Source: an uncultured bacterium (lineage in GTDB: Bacteria > Krumholzibacteriota > Krumholzibacteriia > LZORAL124-64-63). From it: a stretch of DNA of 64,000 bases. Below, piece by piece: positions 47,732 through 56,198 of the stretch (positions within the stretch are counted from its first letter, which is position 1; the number at the start of each line of letters is the position of its first letter). The notes beneath the pieces are model-generated. The model had not been told where the DNA came from. It saw only the letters and a list, made by a program, of their open reading frames with translations, and ran no database searches. The DNA lies in contig CAVSZB010000002.1 of assembly GCA_963732385.1 (NCBI GenBank), forward strand, positions 160,001-224,000, written 5' to 3'. A program made the position numbers and the translations under genes.

Positions 47732-49147
47732 TCAGCGGCCGAGCAGCGGCCGGGCCGCCGCCGGATCTGCTGCCGGCCCGGTTCGTGCCCGCGACGGCAG
47801 GCCGAAGACGTGCGGCGCGACGGCCGTGATCGACCGCCGACCGGAGCCGCTCGCCTCCACCCGGTACACGTTCGGCACTCCCGTCCGCGACGGTCGCCCG
47901 GTGGCTCCGAGCCCCAGCCCGCCGAGCACCTCGCCCAGGCGCTCGAGCGAGGCCAGGTTGTGGATCGGCAGGAAGTCGTCGATCGACGGGTAGGCCGCTG
48001 CCATCCCGGCCGCCAGCGGCTCGTAGCCGTCGGCGCCGGCCAGCGGGTTGAGCCAGATGAGGCGATGGCAGTTGCGCTGCAGCCGGGCGGTCTCCTGGCC
48101 GACGAGCGCCGGGTCGCCGCGATCCCAGCCGTCCGACACGACGATCACGACGCCCGACGTCCGCAGCACCCGCCGGGCCCAGCGCAGGTTGAAGGTGCGC
48201 AGCGACTCGCCGATCCTCGTGCCGCCCGACCAATCGGTGACGGTCTCGCTCACGCGGTGGATCGCGACGTCCGGGTCCCGGCCCCGCAGCTCGTGGGTGA
48301 TCCGGGTCAGGCGTGTCCCGAAGACGAACGACTCCGTGCGGACGCCCGACGCCCGGGTGAGTGCTTGCACGAAGCGCAGGAGGAGCCGGGCGTGGCGTTC
48401 CATCGAGCCCGAGACGTCGCACAGGATGACGATCGTCCGCGGCCGCCGGACGCGGCGCCGCCAGACCCAGTCGACGGGATCGCCGCCGGTCGCGAGGTTG
48501 CGCCGGAACATCGCCCGGGGGGCGAGACGGCGGCCGTGGTGATGGTGCTCGTAGCGCCGCGTGAGACGCGTCTCGAGGCGCGGCCGGAGGAGGTCGATGA
48601 GCCGCTCGGCGTCGCGCAGCTCGGCGGTCGTCATCCGGTCGAACTCGTGGTGGGAGAACGCCTCGGCGGTCGAGAACGCCCGCGGCGACACGACCCTCCC
48701 CTCCCCGATCTCCTGCTCGCCCTCGTCGCCCTCCGAGGCCTCGGCCTGCTCCGGCCGACCCGCGCGGCGACCCTGCCGCTCGGCGGAGGAGTCCGGGGCG
48801 ACGGCCGCCTGGTCGCGGTCCTTCTTCTGCTCCGGGGGTGACTCGAGGCGGCGTGCGGTCGGGCCGATCCGGGCAACGTGACGGCGCCAGAACTGGTCGA
48901 AGACCGCGTCGTAGACGGCCAGGTCGGCACGGCGCCGACAGAAGATGGCCTGGCCGGCCGCGTGCACCTGGGTCCGGTCGCCGACGTCGACGAGCGTGAG
49001 CGCCCGGGCGAAGTCGAGGGCCCCGCGAAGGTCAGTCCTGACGCCGGCGCTGCGCAGGGCGCGGGTGAACAGGACGGCGTTCTTCAGGAAGATCGTGCCG
49101 TCGAACGCGGCGAGCGGGTCGGGCGCGGGCATGCGCGTGCCGGTCAT
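47732..49147 (-). CDS. coxE: CoxE-type VWA domain protein
   Basis: CDVSGSM, FVFGTRLT, DWSGGTRIG, SDGWDRG, IWLNPL. Confidence 0.9.
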   Translation of the reverse strand: MTGTRMPAPDPLAAFDGTIFLKNAVLFTRALRSAGVRTDLRGALDFARALTLVDVGDRTQVHAAGQAIFCRRRADLAVYDAVFDQFWRRHVARIGPTARRLESPPEQKKDRDQAAVAPDSSAERQGRRAGRPEQAEASEGDEGEQEIGEGRVVSPRAFSTAEAFSHHEFDRMTTAELRDAERLIDLLRPRLETRLTRRYEHHHHGRRLAPRAMFRRNLATGGDPVDWVWRRRVRRPRTIVILCDVSGSMERHARLLLRFVQALTRASGVRTESFVFGTRLTRITHELRGRDPDVAIHRVSETVTDWSGGTRIGESLRTFNLRWARRVLRTSGVVIVVSDGWDRGDPALVGQETARLQRNCHRLIWLNPLAGADGYEPLAAGMAAAYPSIDDFLPIHNLASLERLGEVLGGLGLGATGRPSRTGVPNVYRVEASGSGRRSITAVAPHVFGLPSRARTGPAADPAAARPLLGR

Positions 49148-49274
49148 GGTCCCTCGGGTGCCGGGGATGTCGCGGTGATCGTACCCCGGTGCGCGGCCGT
49201 GCCCCGGCAGATGGACCTTGACCCGGGCGCCGGTCGGCCGGACGATCACGCCATGCTGGGCATTCGCATCGGCC

Positions 49275-50195
49275 TCAGACCCCGGCCGTGGCAAGCTCGT
49301 CGACATACGTCGCGGCGGTGACCCCACGCACCCGGCGGACGTCCTCCTCGTACTTGAGCAGCACGCCAAGTGTCTCGTCGACGAGGTCGGGCGCCAGCTC
49401 GCGGGCACCGAGGGCGAGGAGCGCGGCCGCCCAGTCGAGGGTCTCGGCCACGCCGGGAACCTTCGTCAGGTCGGCCGTCCGCAGGCGCCCGACGAAGGCG
49501 ACGACCTGGCGGGCCAGCCGCTCGGGAGTCGCGGGCACGCGGGCGAGGACGATCTCGATCTCCTTGGCGGCGCTCGGATAGTCGATCCAGTGGTAGAGAC
49601 AGCGCCGCTTGAGCGCGTCGTGGACCTCGCGCGTCCGATTCGAGGTCAGGATCACGCGCGGCGGGATCTCGGCCCGGACGGTCCCGATCTCGGGGATCGT
49701 CACCTGGAAGTCGGACAGGATCTCGAGGAGGTAGGCCTCGAACTCCTCGTCGGCGCGGTCGATCTCGTCGATGAGGAGGACCGGCGCCCGGCCGTCGGCC
49801 GAGGCCTCGAGGGCCTGCAGCAGCGGGCGCTTCAGGAGGAACTCGGGGCCGAAGATGTCGCGGGCGGTCGCCCGCTCGATCTCACCGCGCGCCTCCAGGA
49901 GCCGGATCTCCAGCATCTGGCGGGCGTAGTTCCACTCGTAGACGGCCGTCGTGACGTCCAGGCCCTCGTAGCACTGGAGGCGGATGAGGCGCGTGTCGAG
50001 GGTGTCGGCGAGCGTCTTCGCCAGCTGCGTCTTGCCGACGCCGGCCTCGCCCTCGACGAGGAGGGGCCGCTCGAGGGCGAGGGAGAGGAAGACCGAGGTC
50101 GCCAGGCTCCGGTCGGCGATGTAGTCGCGGTCGCGGAAGGCGGCCTGGAGGCCCTCGATCGTGCCAAGCTGGGCGGGAAGTGCGCGCTCGTTCAT
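49275..50195 (-). CDS. coxD: CoxD-type MoxR family AAA+ ATPase
   Basis: EGEAGVGKT, RLQCYEGLD, YEWNY, LLIDEIDRAD, TSNRTREVHDALKRRCLYHW. Confidence 0.92.
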   Translation of the reverse strand: MNERALPAQLGTIEGLQAAFRDRDYIADRSLATSVFLSLALERPLLVEGEAGVGKTQLAKTLADTLDTRLIRLQCYEGLDVTTAVYEWNYARQMLEIRLLEARGEIERATARDIFGPEFLLKRPLLQALEASADGRAPVLLIDEIDRADEEFEAYLLEILSDFQVTIPEIGTVRAEIPPRVILTSNRTREVHDALKRRCLYHWIDYPSAAKEIEIVLARVPATPERLARQVVAFVGRLRTADLTKVPGVAETLDWAAALLALGARELAPDLVDETLGVLLKYEEDVRRVRGVTAATYVDELATAGV

Positions 50196-50310
50196 CGTCC
50201 CTCGGGTGCGTCCCTGCGGCGGCGCCGACCGCGCTGCGGGTCGCCGGGATCGTACACCGTGGAGCGAGCCCCGCCGACCGCATACGCTCACGCACTTCCG
50301 TGTGCAGGTC

Positions 50311-50398
50311 TGCGGCGCGGGTTGCGTGCGCGCCGCGGGTTGCGTGCGCGCCTGCGGCGCGGGTCTGCGTGCGCGCCTGCGGCGCGGGTCTGCGCGCG
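50311..50398. repeat. Imperfect tandem repeat, core CGCGGGT(C)TGCGTGCGCGCC x4
   Basis: Copies start at 50316, 50334, 50358 and 50383 (partial). Confidence 0.8.
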
Positions 50399-50430
50399 AC
50401 GAGCCGGCACGTGCAGCACCGCGCCAGCGC

Positions 50431-50553
50431 GATCCCGGGGAGGATCACCGGGCCACACCCCGGGCACCGAACAACCCCAGACCACAGCGGCAATCGGGCA
50501 GCTCGTCGAGGGTTCTCAGCGCGCAACCCGCGGGCGTGATCCCCCGAGGGATC
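50431..50553. repeat. Inverted pair of GATC-N-GGATCAC hairpin motifs (left)
   Basis: GATCCCGGGGAGGATCAC (50431-50448) and GTGATCCCCCGAGGGATC (50536-50553; reverse complement GATCCCTCGGGGGATCAC). Confidence 0.7.
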
Positions 50554-50614
50554 CCGCTGCCGACCGGCGGCCGCACGTAAGCGCCGGTGAAGCGCCGCAG
50601 GCGACGATGTGCGT

Positions 50615-51490
50615 ATGGAACGATCACCGGCGAACGGCGGACCGGCCGAGCGCGGCCTCGCCTCGCTTGTCGGTCAGCCGCTCCGGGACGGGCGTCGCCG
50701 GCTGGCGATGTCACAGCGTGCACTCGCCGCGGTGGCGCACGTGCCGCAGTCGACCATCTGTCGGCTCGAGCGCGGCCAGCCGGTGTCGATCACGCTCAAG
50801 GAGATCGGCCGCCTGTTCGACGAACTGGCGATCCGGCTCGACCTCAACGCTCGGCCGCCACTGGTCACCGGCGGACCTCCCGTGCGCGATGCGGTTCATG
50901 CCCGCATCCTCGGGTATGCCGAGCGCCGCCTCCGACGGGCAAACATGCAGACGGCCCGCGAGGTGCCGATCGGTGGCGGTCGCGTCCGGGGCTGGATCGA
51001 TCTGCTCGCCTGGCGCCCGGCGGACGGCTTCGTCGTGGTTGCCGAGATCAAGGGCGATGTCGTCGACGTCGGGGCGCTCGAGCGCCAGGTCTCGTGGTAC
51101 GAGCGCGAGGCGTGGGGCGCCGCACGGTCCCTGGGCTGGCGGCCGGATCGCCTCATCATCGCGGCACTCCTCCTCTCGACCCGCCGCAATGCCGAGATCG
51201 TGCGGATGGAGGCCGATGCCCTCCGCCGTCGCTTCCCGACGCCGCCGACGGACCTCCGATCCGAGCTCGTGGCCTCTCGACGGCCGGTCCGGCCCGCGGC
51301 CCGACCGGGCGCGACGAGGCGTGTTGCGACCCTCGCCTTCGTGGATCCTCTGCGTCGCGGATCCTCGTGGCTCCTGCCGACTCCCCTGTTCGGCGGTCGG
51401 CCCGTCCTCCCATATGGGGACGCCGGGGACCTCCGGACTCGGCTCGGCTTCGAGCGTCCCTCTCGCGGCGCACCCCGAGGATCCGCCTGA
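50615..51490 (+). CDS. XRE-HTH fused to PD-(D/E)XK nuclease-like domain
   Basis: MSQRALAAVAHVPQSTICRLERG (HTH); AREVPI...GWIDLLAW...VVAEIKG (E..D..ExK nuclease core). Confidence 0.8.
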   Translation: MERSPANGGPAERGLASLVGQPLRDGRRRLAMSQRALAAVAHVPQSTICRLERGQPVSITLKEIGRLFDELAIRLDLNARPPLVTGGPPVRDAVHARILGYAERRLRRANMQTAREVPIGGGRVRGWIDLLAWRPADGFVVVAEIKGDVVDVGALERQVSWYEREAWGAARSLGWRPDRLIIAALLLSTRRNAEIVRMEADALRRRFPTPPTDLRSELVASRRPVRPAARPGATRRVATLAFVDPLRRGSSWLLPTPLFGGRPVLPYGDAGDLRTRLGFERPSRGAPRGSA

Positions 51491-51548
51491 CGCGAACCAA
51501 GGTGTCGCCCGCGGCGCGGTGTCGGCCGCGGTGTCCCGTCTCCCGCGG

Positions 51549-51709
51549 CGCGGTGTGGTGTGGCGTCGCCCGCGGTGTGGTGTGGCGTCGCCCGCGGTGT
51601 GGTGTGGCGTCGCCCGCGGTGTGGTGTGGCGTCGCCCGCGGTGTGGTGTGGCGTCGCCCGCGGTGTGGTGTGGCGTCGCCCGCGGTGTGGTGTGGCGTCG
51701 CCCGCGGTG
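51549..51709. repeat. Perfect 22-bp tandem repeat CGCGGTGTGGTGTGGCGTCGCC x7 plus partial
   Basis: Units start at 51549, 51571, 51593, 51615, 51637, 51659 and 51681. Confidence 0.95.
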
Positions 51710-51833
51710 ATCCTGCCCCCGATCAGGGAAGGCGGCGTCAAGCACGGAACCCGGACGAAACCGGCCCGTTCCTGGCTGCAGCGGCCGGGTTCCGTGCCGG
51801 GGCACCCAAACGATGATCCCCGGGAGGATCACC
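51706..51833. repeat. Inverted pair of GATC-N-GGATCAC motifs (right) enclosing a 13-bp perfect inverted repeat
   Basis: GGTGATCCTGCCCCCGATCA (51706-51725) and TGATCCCCGGGAGGATCACC (51814-51833); inner GCACGGAACCCGG (51742-51754) / CCGGGTTCCGTGC (51785-51797). Confidence 0.8.
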
Positions 51834-51884
51834 GACTCCGGGATCAACCGCCCCGGCCCTGCGGAGCCACGGTACCGAGGCAGT

Positions 51885-52045
51885 CACCGCGGCCACGGCG
51901 GGTTACCGCGGCCACGGCGGGTTACCGCGGCCACGGCGGGTCACCGCCGCCACGGCGGGTCACGGCGGCCACGGCGGGTCACCGCGGCCGCGCCGGCACC
52001 GCCCGCCACGCCCGGCCGCGCCGGCACCGCCCGCCACGCCCGGCC
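51885..52045. repeat. 19-bp tandem repeat (Y)ACCGCGGCCACGGCGGGT x5 plus partial, followed by a 28-bp repeat x2
   Basis: Units at 51885, 51904, 51923, 51942 and 51961; then CGGCCGCGCCGGCACCGCCCGCCACGCC twice from ~51985. Confidence 0.9.
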
Positions 52046-52080
52046 ACGCCCTCGCCGCGGGCCGCGCGCCGGCCGCGCGC

Positions 52081-53337
52081 TCAGGCCGCCGCAACCTCCG
52101 CCAGCGCCGCCTCGAAGCCGTCGACGAGGAGGCGGATCTCGGCCTCGCTGACGACGAACGGCGGCGAGACCTGGAGGGCCACGCCGCGGAGCACCCGGGT
52201 GAGGATCCCGCGCCGGCGCAGCGCCGCGACGACCACCTCGGGGGCGTTGGGGCTCGCTGCCAGCACGGCCTCGTCGAGCTCGACGGCGGCGAGGAGCCCG
52301 GCGACCCGCGTCTCGCCGACGAGCGGCGTGTCGTCGAGGCGGCCAATCTCCCGCTCCAGGACGGGCTCAAGGGCCTGGACGCGGACGAGCAGGTCCTCCC
52401 GCTCGAGGATGTCGAGGTTCGCCAGCGCCGCGGCGCAGGCGGTCGCGTGGCCGCTGTACGTGTACCCGTGGCGGAAGACCGCGCCGGCGTCCCCGTCCCA
52501 GAACGGCTCCTGGACCCGTCGGCCGACGAGGACGCCGCCGAGCGGGAGGTACCCCGACGTCACGCCCTTCGCGAACGTGATCATGTCCGGCGCGATCTCG
52601 AAGCGCTCGCTGGCGAACATCGTGCCCAGCCGCCCGAACCCGGTGATCACCTCGTCGGCGACGAGAAGGACGCCGTGCGCGTCGCACAGACGGGTGACCG
52701 CCTCCCAGTAGCCGTCCTCCGGCGGGATCACGCCGCCGGCGCCGATCACCGGCTCGCCGATGAAGGCGGCGATCTCCCGGCCCCGCTCGTGGAAGAGGCG
52801 CTCCAGCTCCTCGACGTCGTGCGCCGACACCTGGATCGTGTCACCCACGAGCGGTCCGCCGTAGCCGGCCTGCATCGCCGGGATCCCCGACAGCCCTGTG
52901 CCGAACGCGTGCATCCCGTGATAGGCGTGCTCGCGGCTCACGATGAGGCGCTTCTCCGGGTGGCCGAGGGCATCCCAGTAGCGCCGGGCCAGCTTGGCGG
53001 CCGTGTCGACGCCGTCGGAGCCACCCGAGCCGAAGAAGGCGACGGCGTCCTCCATCGGTGCCAGCCGGGCCAGCCGATCGGCGAGCTCGAGGGTCGGCGC
53101 GGTGGCGAACGGCCCGAAGTTCGAGTAGGCGGCGAGGGCGCCGAGCTGGGCGGCGGCGGCCTCCGCGATCTCGGTCCGCCCGTGGCCGACGTTGCAGTAC
53201 CAGAGGCCCGCCGTCGCGTCGAGATATCGCCGCCCGTCGGCGTCCTCGATCCAGGCACCGTTGCCGCGCACGAGGACCAGCTCGTGGTCCCGGACCCGGT
53301 GCATGTCGGCGAAGGGGTGCCAGTAGCGAGTCGGCAT
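52081..53337 (-). CDS. Class III aminotransferase (omega-amino acid/putrescine aminotransferase-like)
   Basis: YWHPF, YLDATAGLWYCNVGHGR, AYHG, DEVITGFGRLG, FAKGVTSGYLPLGG, HGYTYSGH. Confidence 0.92.
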   Translation of the reverse strand: MPTRYWHPFADMHRVRDHELVLVRGNGAWIEDADGRRYLDATAGLWYCNVGHGRTEIAEAAAAQLGALAAYSNFGPFATAPTLELADRLARLAPMEDAVAFFGSGGSDGVDTAAKLARRYWDALGHPEKRLIVSREHAYHGMHAFGTGLSGIPAMQAGYGGPLVGDTIQVSAHDVEELERLFHERGREIAAFIGEPVIGAGGVIPPEDGYWEAVTRLCDAHGVLLVADEVITGFGRLGTMFASERFEIAPDMITFAKGVTSGYLPLGGVLVGRRVQEPFWDGDAGAVFRHGYTYSGHATACAAALANLDILEREDLLVRVQALEPVLEREIGRLDDTPLVGETRVAGLLAAVELDEAVLAASPNAPEVVVAALRRRGILTRVLRGVALQVSPPFVVSEAEIRLLVDGFEAALAEVAAA

Positions 53338-53383
53338 GGGGACGGCGATCTCCTGCTGGCGGTGGGGCCGGTCGCTCTCGGGG

Positions 53384-54274
53384 TCAGGACCCCGGGATGC
53401 GCCGCCGCGCAGGACGATACTGCCCCAGCGCGGCGCTTCGTGCGTCGATCGCCCGTGGATCGAGACGGGCGAGGATCTCCTCGCGTCCGCCGGCGACCGC
53501 GTCGGCCGCCTCGCCGAGCATCTCCAGGACGGCTCGCGCCCGATCCGGGGCGAGGGCGGCAAGGCTCCCCGACGGGGCGACGCCGACGCGCTGCAGCCCC
53601 CGTCCGCGCGTCGAGGCAGCGTAGCTCGCGGCCCAGATGACGTCCTCCAGTCGCGTCCGGCGCCGCCCGGCCGCGTCGCCGACCCCGACGACGATCCCCC
53701 GCTCGCCCGGCGCAGCCGCGACGAGACGCCAGCTCTCGGGGCCGTCGAGGAGGTCGAGCAGGTAGGACCGGTATGGGGCGGCGAACATGGCGTCGGCACC
53801 GAGCCGGATCGCGTCGCCGCCGGTGATCGCGAGCGCGACGTGCAGGTCGGAGCCGATCCCCACGAGGAGGGCCACGTGGGCGGCGGCGAACGCAGCTCGC
53901 CCGGGCTCGTCGGCCGGGAGAGAAGCCGCCGGCTCGTGGACCTCGACCACCGGGCAGCCCGCCGCCGCAAGGTCGACTAGACCCGCGTGGAGCCTGCCTG
54001 CGGCCTCGAGTGCCCCGGCGGGCCCTCCACCAGTGGACCACGGCCCTGCAACGGCGATCTTCACCGGCAGCCCAGGTGTCAGCCGCACGGCCGCGTCGCG
54101 GGCCGCCCGCCAGGCCGCCACGAGCGCATCCGACGCCGACCCTGCCCCGTGGACCCGCCCGTCGGCGAGGAGCCCCAGCCCCGCCTCCACCTGGGCTCCG
54201 ACGACGGCCGTGAGCGCCTCGTCTGCGGTGAGGTCGGCCGGCCACGGGTACCCGCCGGCGAGCGTCGCGAACAT
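53384..54274 (-). CDS. Divergent MetE/UROD-like TIM-barrel protein
   Basis: MFATLAGGYP, QVEAGLGLLADG, VKIAVAGPWS, AAGCPVVEVHEP, IVVGVGD. Confidence 0.55.
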   Translation of the reverse strand: MFATLAGGYPWPADLTADEALTAVVGAQVEAGLGLLADGRVHGAGSASDALVAAWRAARDAAVRLTPGLPVKIAVAGPWSTGGGPAGALEAAGRLHAGLVDLAAAGCPVVEVHEPAASLPADEPGRAAFAAAHVALLVGIGSDLHVALAITGGDAIRLGADAMFAAPYRSYLLDLLDGPESWRLVAAAPGERGIVVGVGDAAGRRRTRLEDVIWAASYAASTRGRGLQRVGVAPSGSLAALAPDRARAVLEMLGEAADAVAGGREEILARLDPRAIDARSAALGQYRPARRRIPGS

Positions 54275-54380
54275 GGGGGAAGGCTAGCCGATCGTGACCG
54301 GCCTCCCGACCCCGACCCCGACCCCGACCCCGCGGGGCGCGATCGCGCCGACCGCGCCCCGCGCCGGCTACACTCGCCGC

Positions 54381-55361
54381 GTGAGCTCCACCCGTCCCGA
54401 TCCACCGGCCGAGGTCAAGGCCGCCGCCCACGCCCGCTCCGCGGCCCGCGCCGATCACGACTGGGCCCGCGCAGACGCTCTGAAGCAGGAGATCGAGGCC
54501 GCCGGCTGGAAGGTGATCGACCGTGGCACCGACTTCCGCCTTGATCCGGCGGTGCCGCCCACCGTCGAGGCGGGCGGCACGGTCCGCTACGGGTCGGCGG
54601 CGGCCGTGCCCTCGCTCCTTGTCGAGGATCCGTCGGCGACCTTCACGGTGCAGCTCGTGGCCGAGGACTGGCCGACCGACCTCGCGCGGATGCTCGCCGG
54701 CCTCCGCGCCCACGCGCCCTCCCGGACCCAGGTGATCGTCGTCGCCAACGCCCCGTCGCCGGCCCAGGTGGACCGCCTGTCCGCCGGGCACCCCGACCTC
54801 GCCGACATCGCCGGCTCGCCCCCCGAGGTCGTCTGGACCAGCGAGCGCCTCGGCCATGCGGCCGTCCGCAACATCGGCCTGCAGCGCTCCCGCGGCGAGC
54901 TCGTCGTCCTTGCCGAGACCTCCACCGAGCCGGTCGGCGACGCCCTGACGCCGCTGGCCGCCGTCATGGACGATCCGTCGGTCGCCGTCGTGGGTGGGTT
55001 CGGCCTCGTCTCGGCCGACCTGCGGCAGTTCGAGGACGCCCCCGGGCCCGAGGCCGACGCCATCGAGCTGTCCTGGCTCGGCTTCCGGCGCGACGACTAC
55101 ATCGCTCTCGGTCCCCTCGACGAGAAGTTCGGCTTCTATCGCCACCTCGACACCTGGTGGAGTCTCGTGCTGCGCGCCGGCGCCGACCCGGATGTCCCGG
55201 CCCGCCGGGCGGTCCGCCTCGAGCTGCCGCTCGTCCGCCACGAGCATCGCGGCTGGGCCAGCCTCTCGGACGCGGACCGCGACCGCCTCGGAAAGCGCAA
55301 CTTCTACCGCGTCCTCGAGCGCTTCCGCGACCGCCCGGACCTCCGCTCCAGGCTGCGCTGA
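54381..55361 (+). CDS. Glycosyltransferase family 2-like protein with N-terminal CysRS C-terminal-like domain
   Basis: ARSAARADHDWARADALKQEIEAAGWKVID, then QVIVVAN, LGHAAVRNIGL, GPLDEKFGFYRHLD. Alternative start 54294. Confidence 0.7.
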   Translation: MSSTRPDPPAEVKAAAHARSAARADHDWARADALKQEIEAAGWKVIDRGTDFRLDPAVPPTVEAGGTVRYGSAAAVPSLLVEDPSATFTVQLVAEDWPTDLARMLAGLRAHAPSRTQVIVVANAPSPAQVDRLSAGHPDLADIAGSPPEVVWTSERLGHAAVRNIGLQRSRGELVVLAETSTEPVGDALTPLAAVMDDPSVAVVGGFGLVSADLRQFEDAPGPEADAIELSWLGFRRDDYIALGPLDEKFGFYRHLDTWWSLVLRAGADPDVPARRAVRLELPLVRHEHRGWASLSDADRDRLGKRNFYRVLERFRDRPDLRSRLR

Positions 55362-55565
55362 CCGAGGCCCCATCCGCCGGCCCTCCGAACGCGAAGAGGG
55401 GGCGTGGAAGCACTCCTCTCCTCCCGACCCCTCAGCGAGCTGCGCGTCAAGATCGGCGCGCCCGGGACGCGTTGGTATACTCGGGCGGGTCGCCCGAGCC
55501 TGTCCTCCACCGGGCAGATGCGCGGCGGCGGCCGTGCTGCGGCGTCGGCCACGACGGAGTCGCCC

Positions 55566-56198
55566 TTGACTGGAGAGTCCACTCGCCCCGAGATCGACGC
55601 CCGGCGCGCCGAGGAGGTTGCGCTGCTCGTCCGGATACGGGAGAAGGACGAGCGGGCGATCGAGGCCCTCTACGCCCGCTACTCGGGGCCCCTGTACTCC
55701 CTGGCCTATCAGGTCACCGGCGCCGACCGCTTCGCCCAGGACGTGGTCCAGGAGGTGTTCGTCGCCGTCTGGAAGGACGCCGCGCGCTTCGACCCGAGCC
55801 GCGGCGCCGTCTCCTCCTGGCTCTTCGCCCTCGCCCGGCACAAGGCGATCGACCTCGTTCGCAAGGAGCAGAACGTCCGCAAGCACACCGCCGACGTCGA
55901 CCTCGAGTTCCACGAGGCAGACGACGACGTCGAGCGGGAAGCCTGGCTGCGGCTCCGCCGGGACACCGTGAGGGCAGCCATCCAGCAGCTCCCGGAGGCC
56001 CAGCGGACCGCCCTCGAGCTGGCCTTCTTCGCCGGCCTGACGCACGTCGAAGTCGCCGAGAAGCTCGACATCCCCCTCGGGACCGCCAAGACCCGCATCC
56101 GCACGGCCCTCCTCAAGCTGCGTGACATCCTGGGCCCCAGCGTGTCCGAGATCGACCCCCGCGAGACCCCATGGATCACCGAACCTTCCGCGAGCTAG
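55566..56198 (+). CDS. ECF sigma factor (SigK-like); start uncertain (55404/55518/55566)
   Basis: AQDVVQEVF..VW, FDPSRG, SWLF..ARHKAID, LPEAQR..LELAFFAGLT..E.A..L.IPLGTAKTRIR. Confidence 0.92.
   Translation: MTGESTRPEIDARRAEEVALLVRIREKDERAIEALYARYSGPLYSLAYQVTGADRFAQDVVQEVFVAVWKDAARFDPSRGAVSSWLFALARHKAIDLVRKEQNVRKHTADVDLEFHEADDDVEREAWLRLRRDTVRAAIQQLPEAQRTALELAFFAGLTHVEVAEKLDIPLGTAKTRIRTALLKLRDILGPSVSEIDPRETPWITEPSAS

Noticed and set aside
51549..52045. CRISPR array
   Set aside because: The repeats are head-to-tail with no unique spacers, and no cas genes are present.
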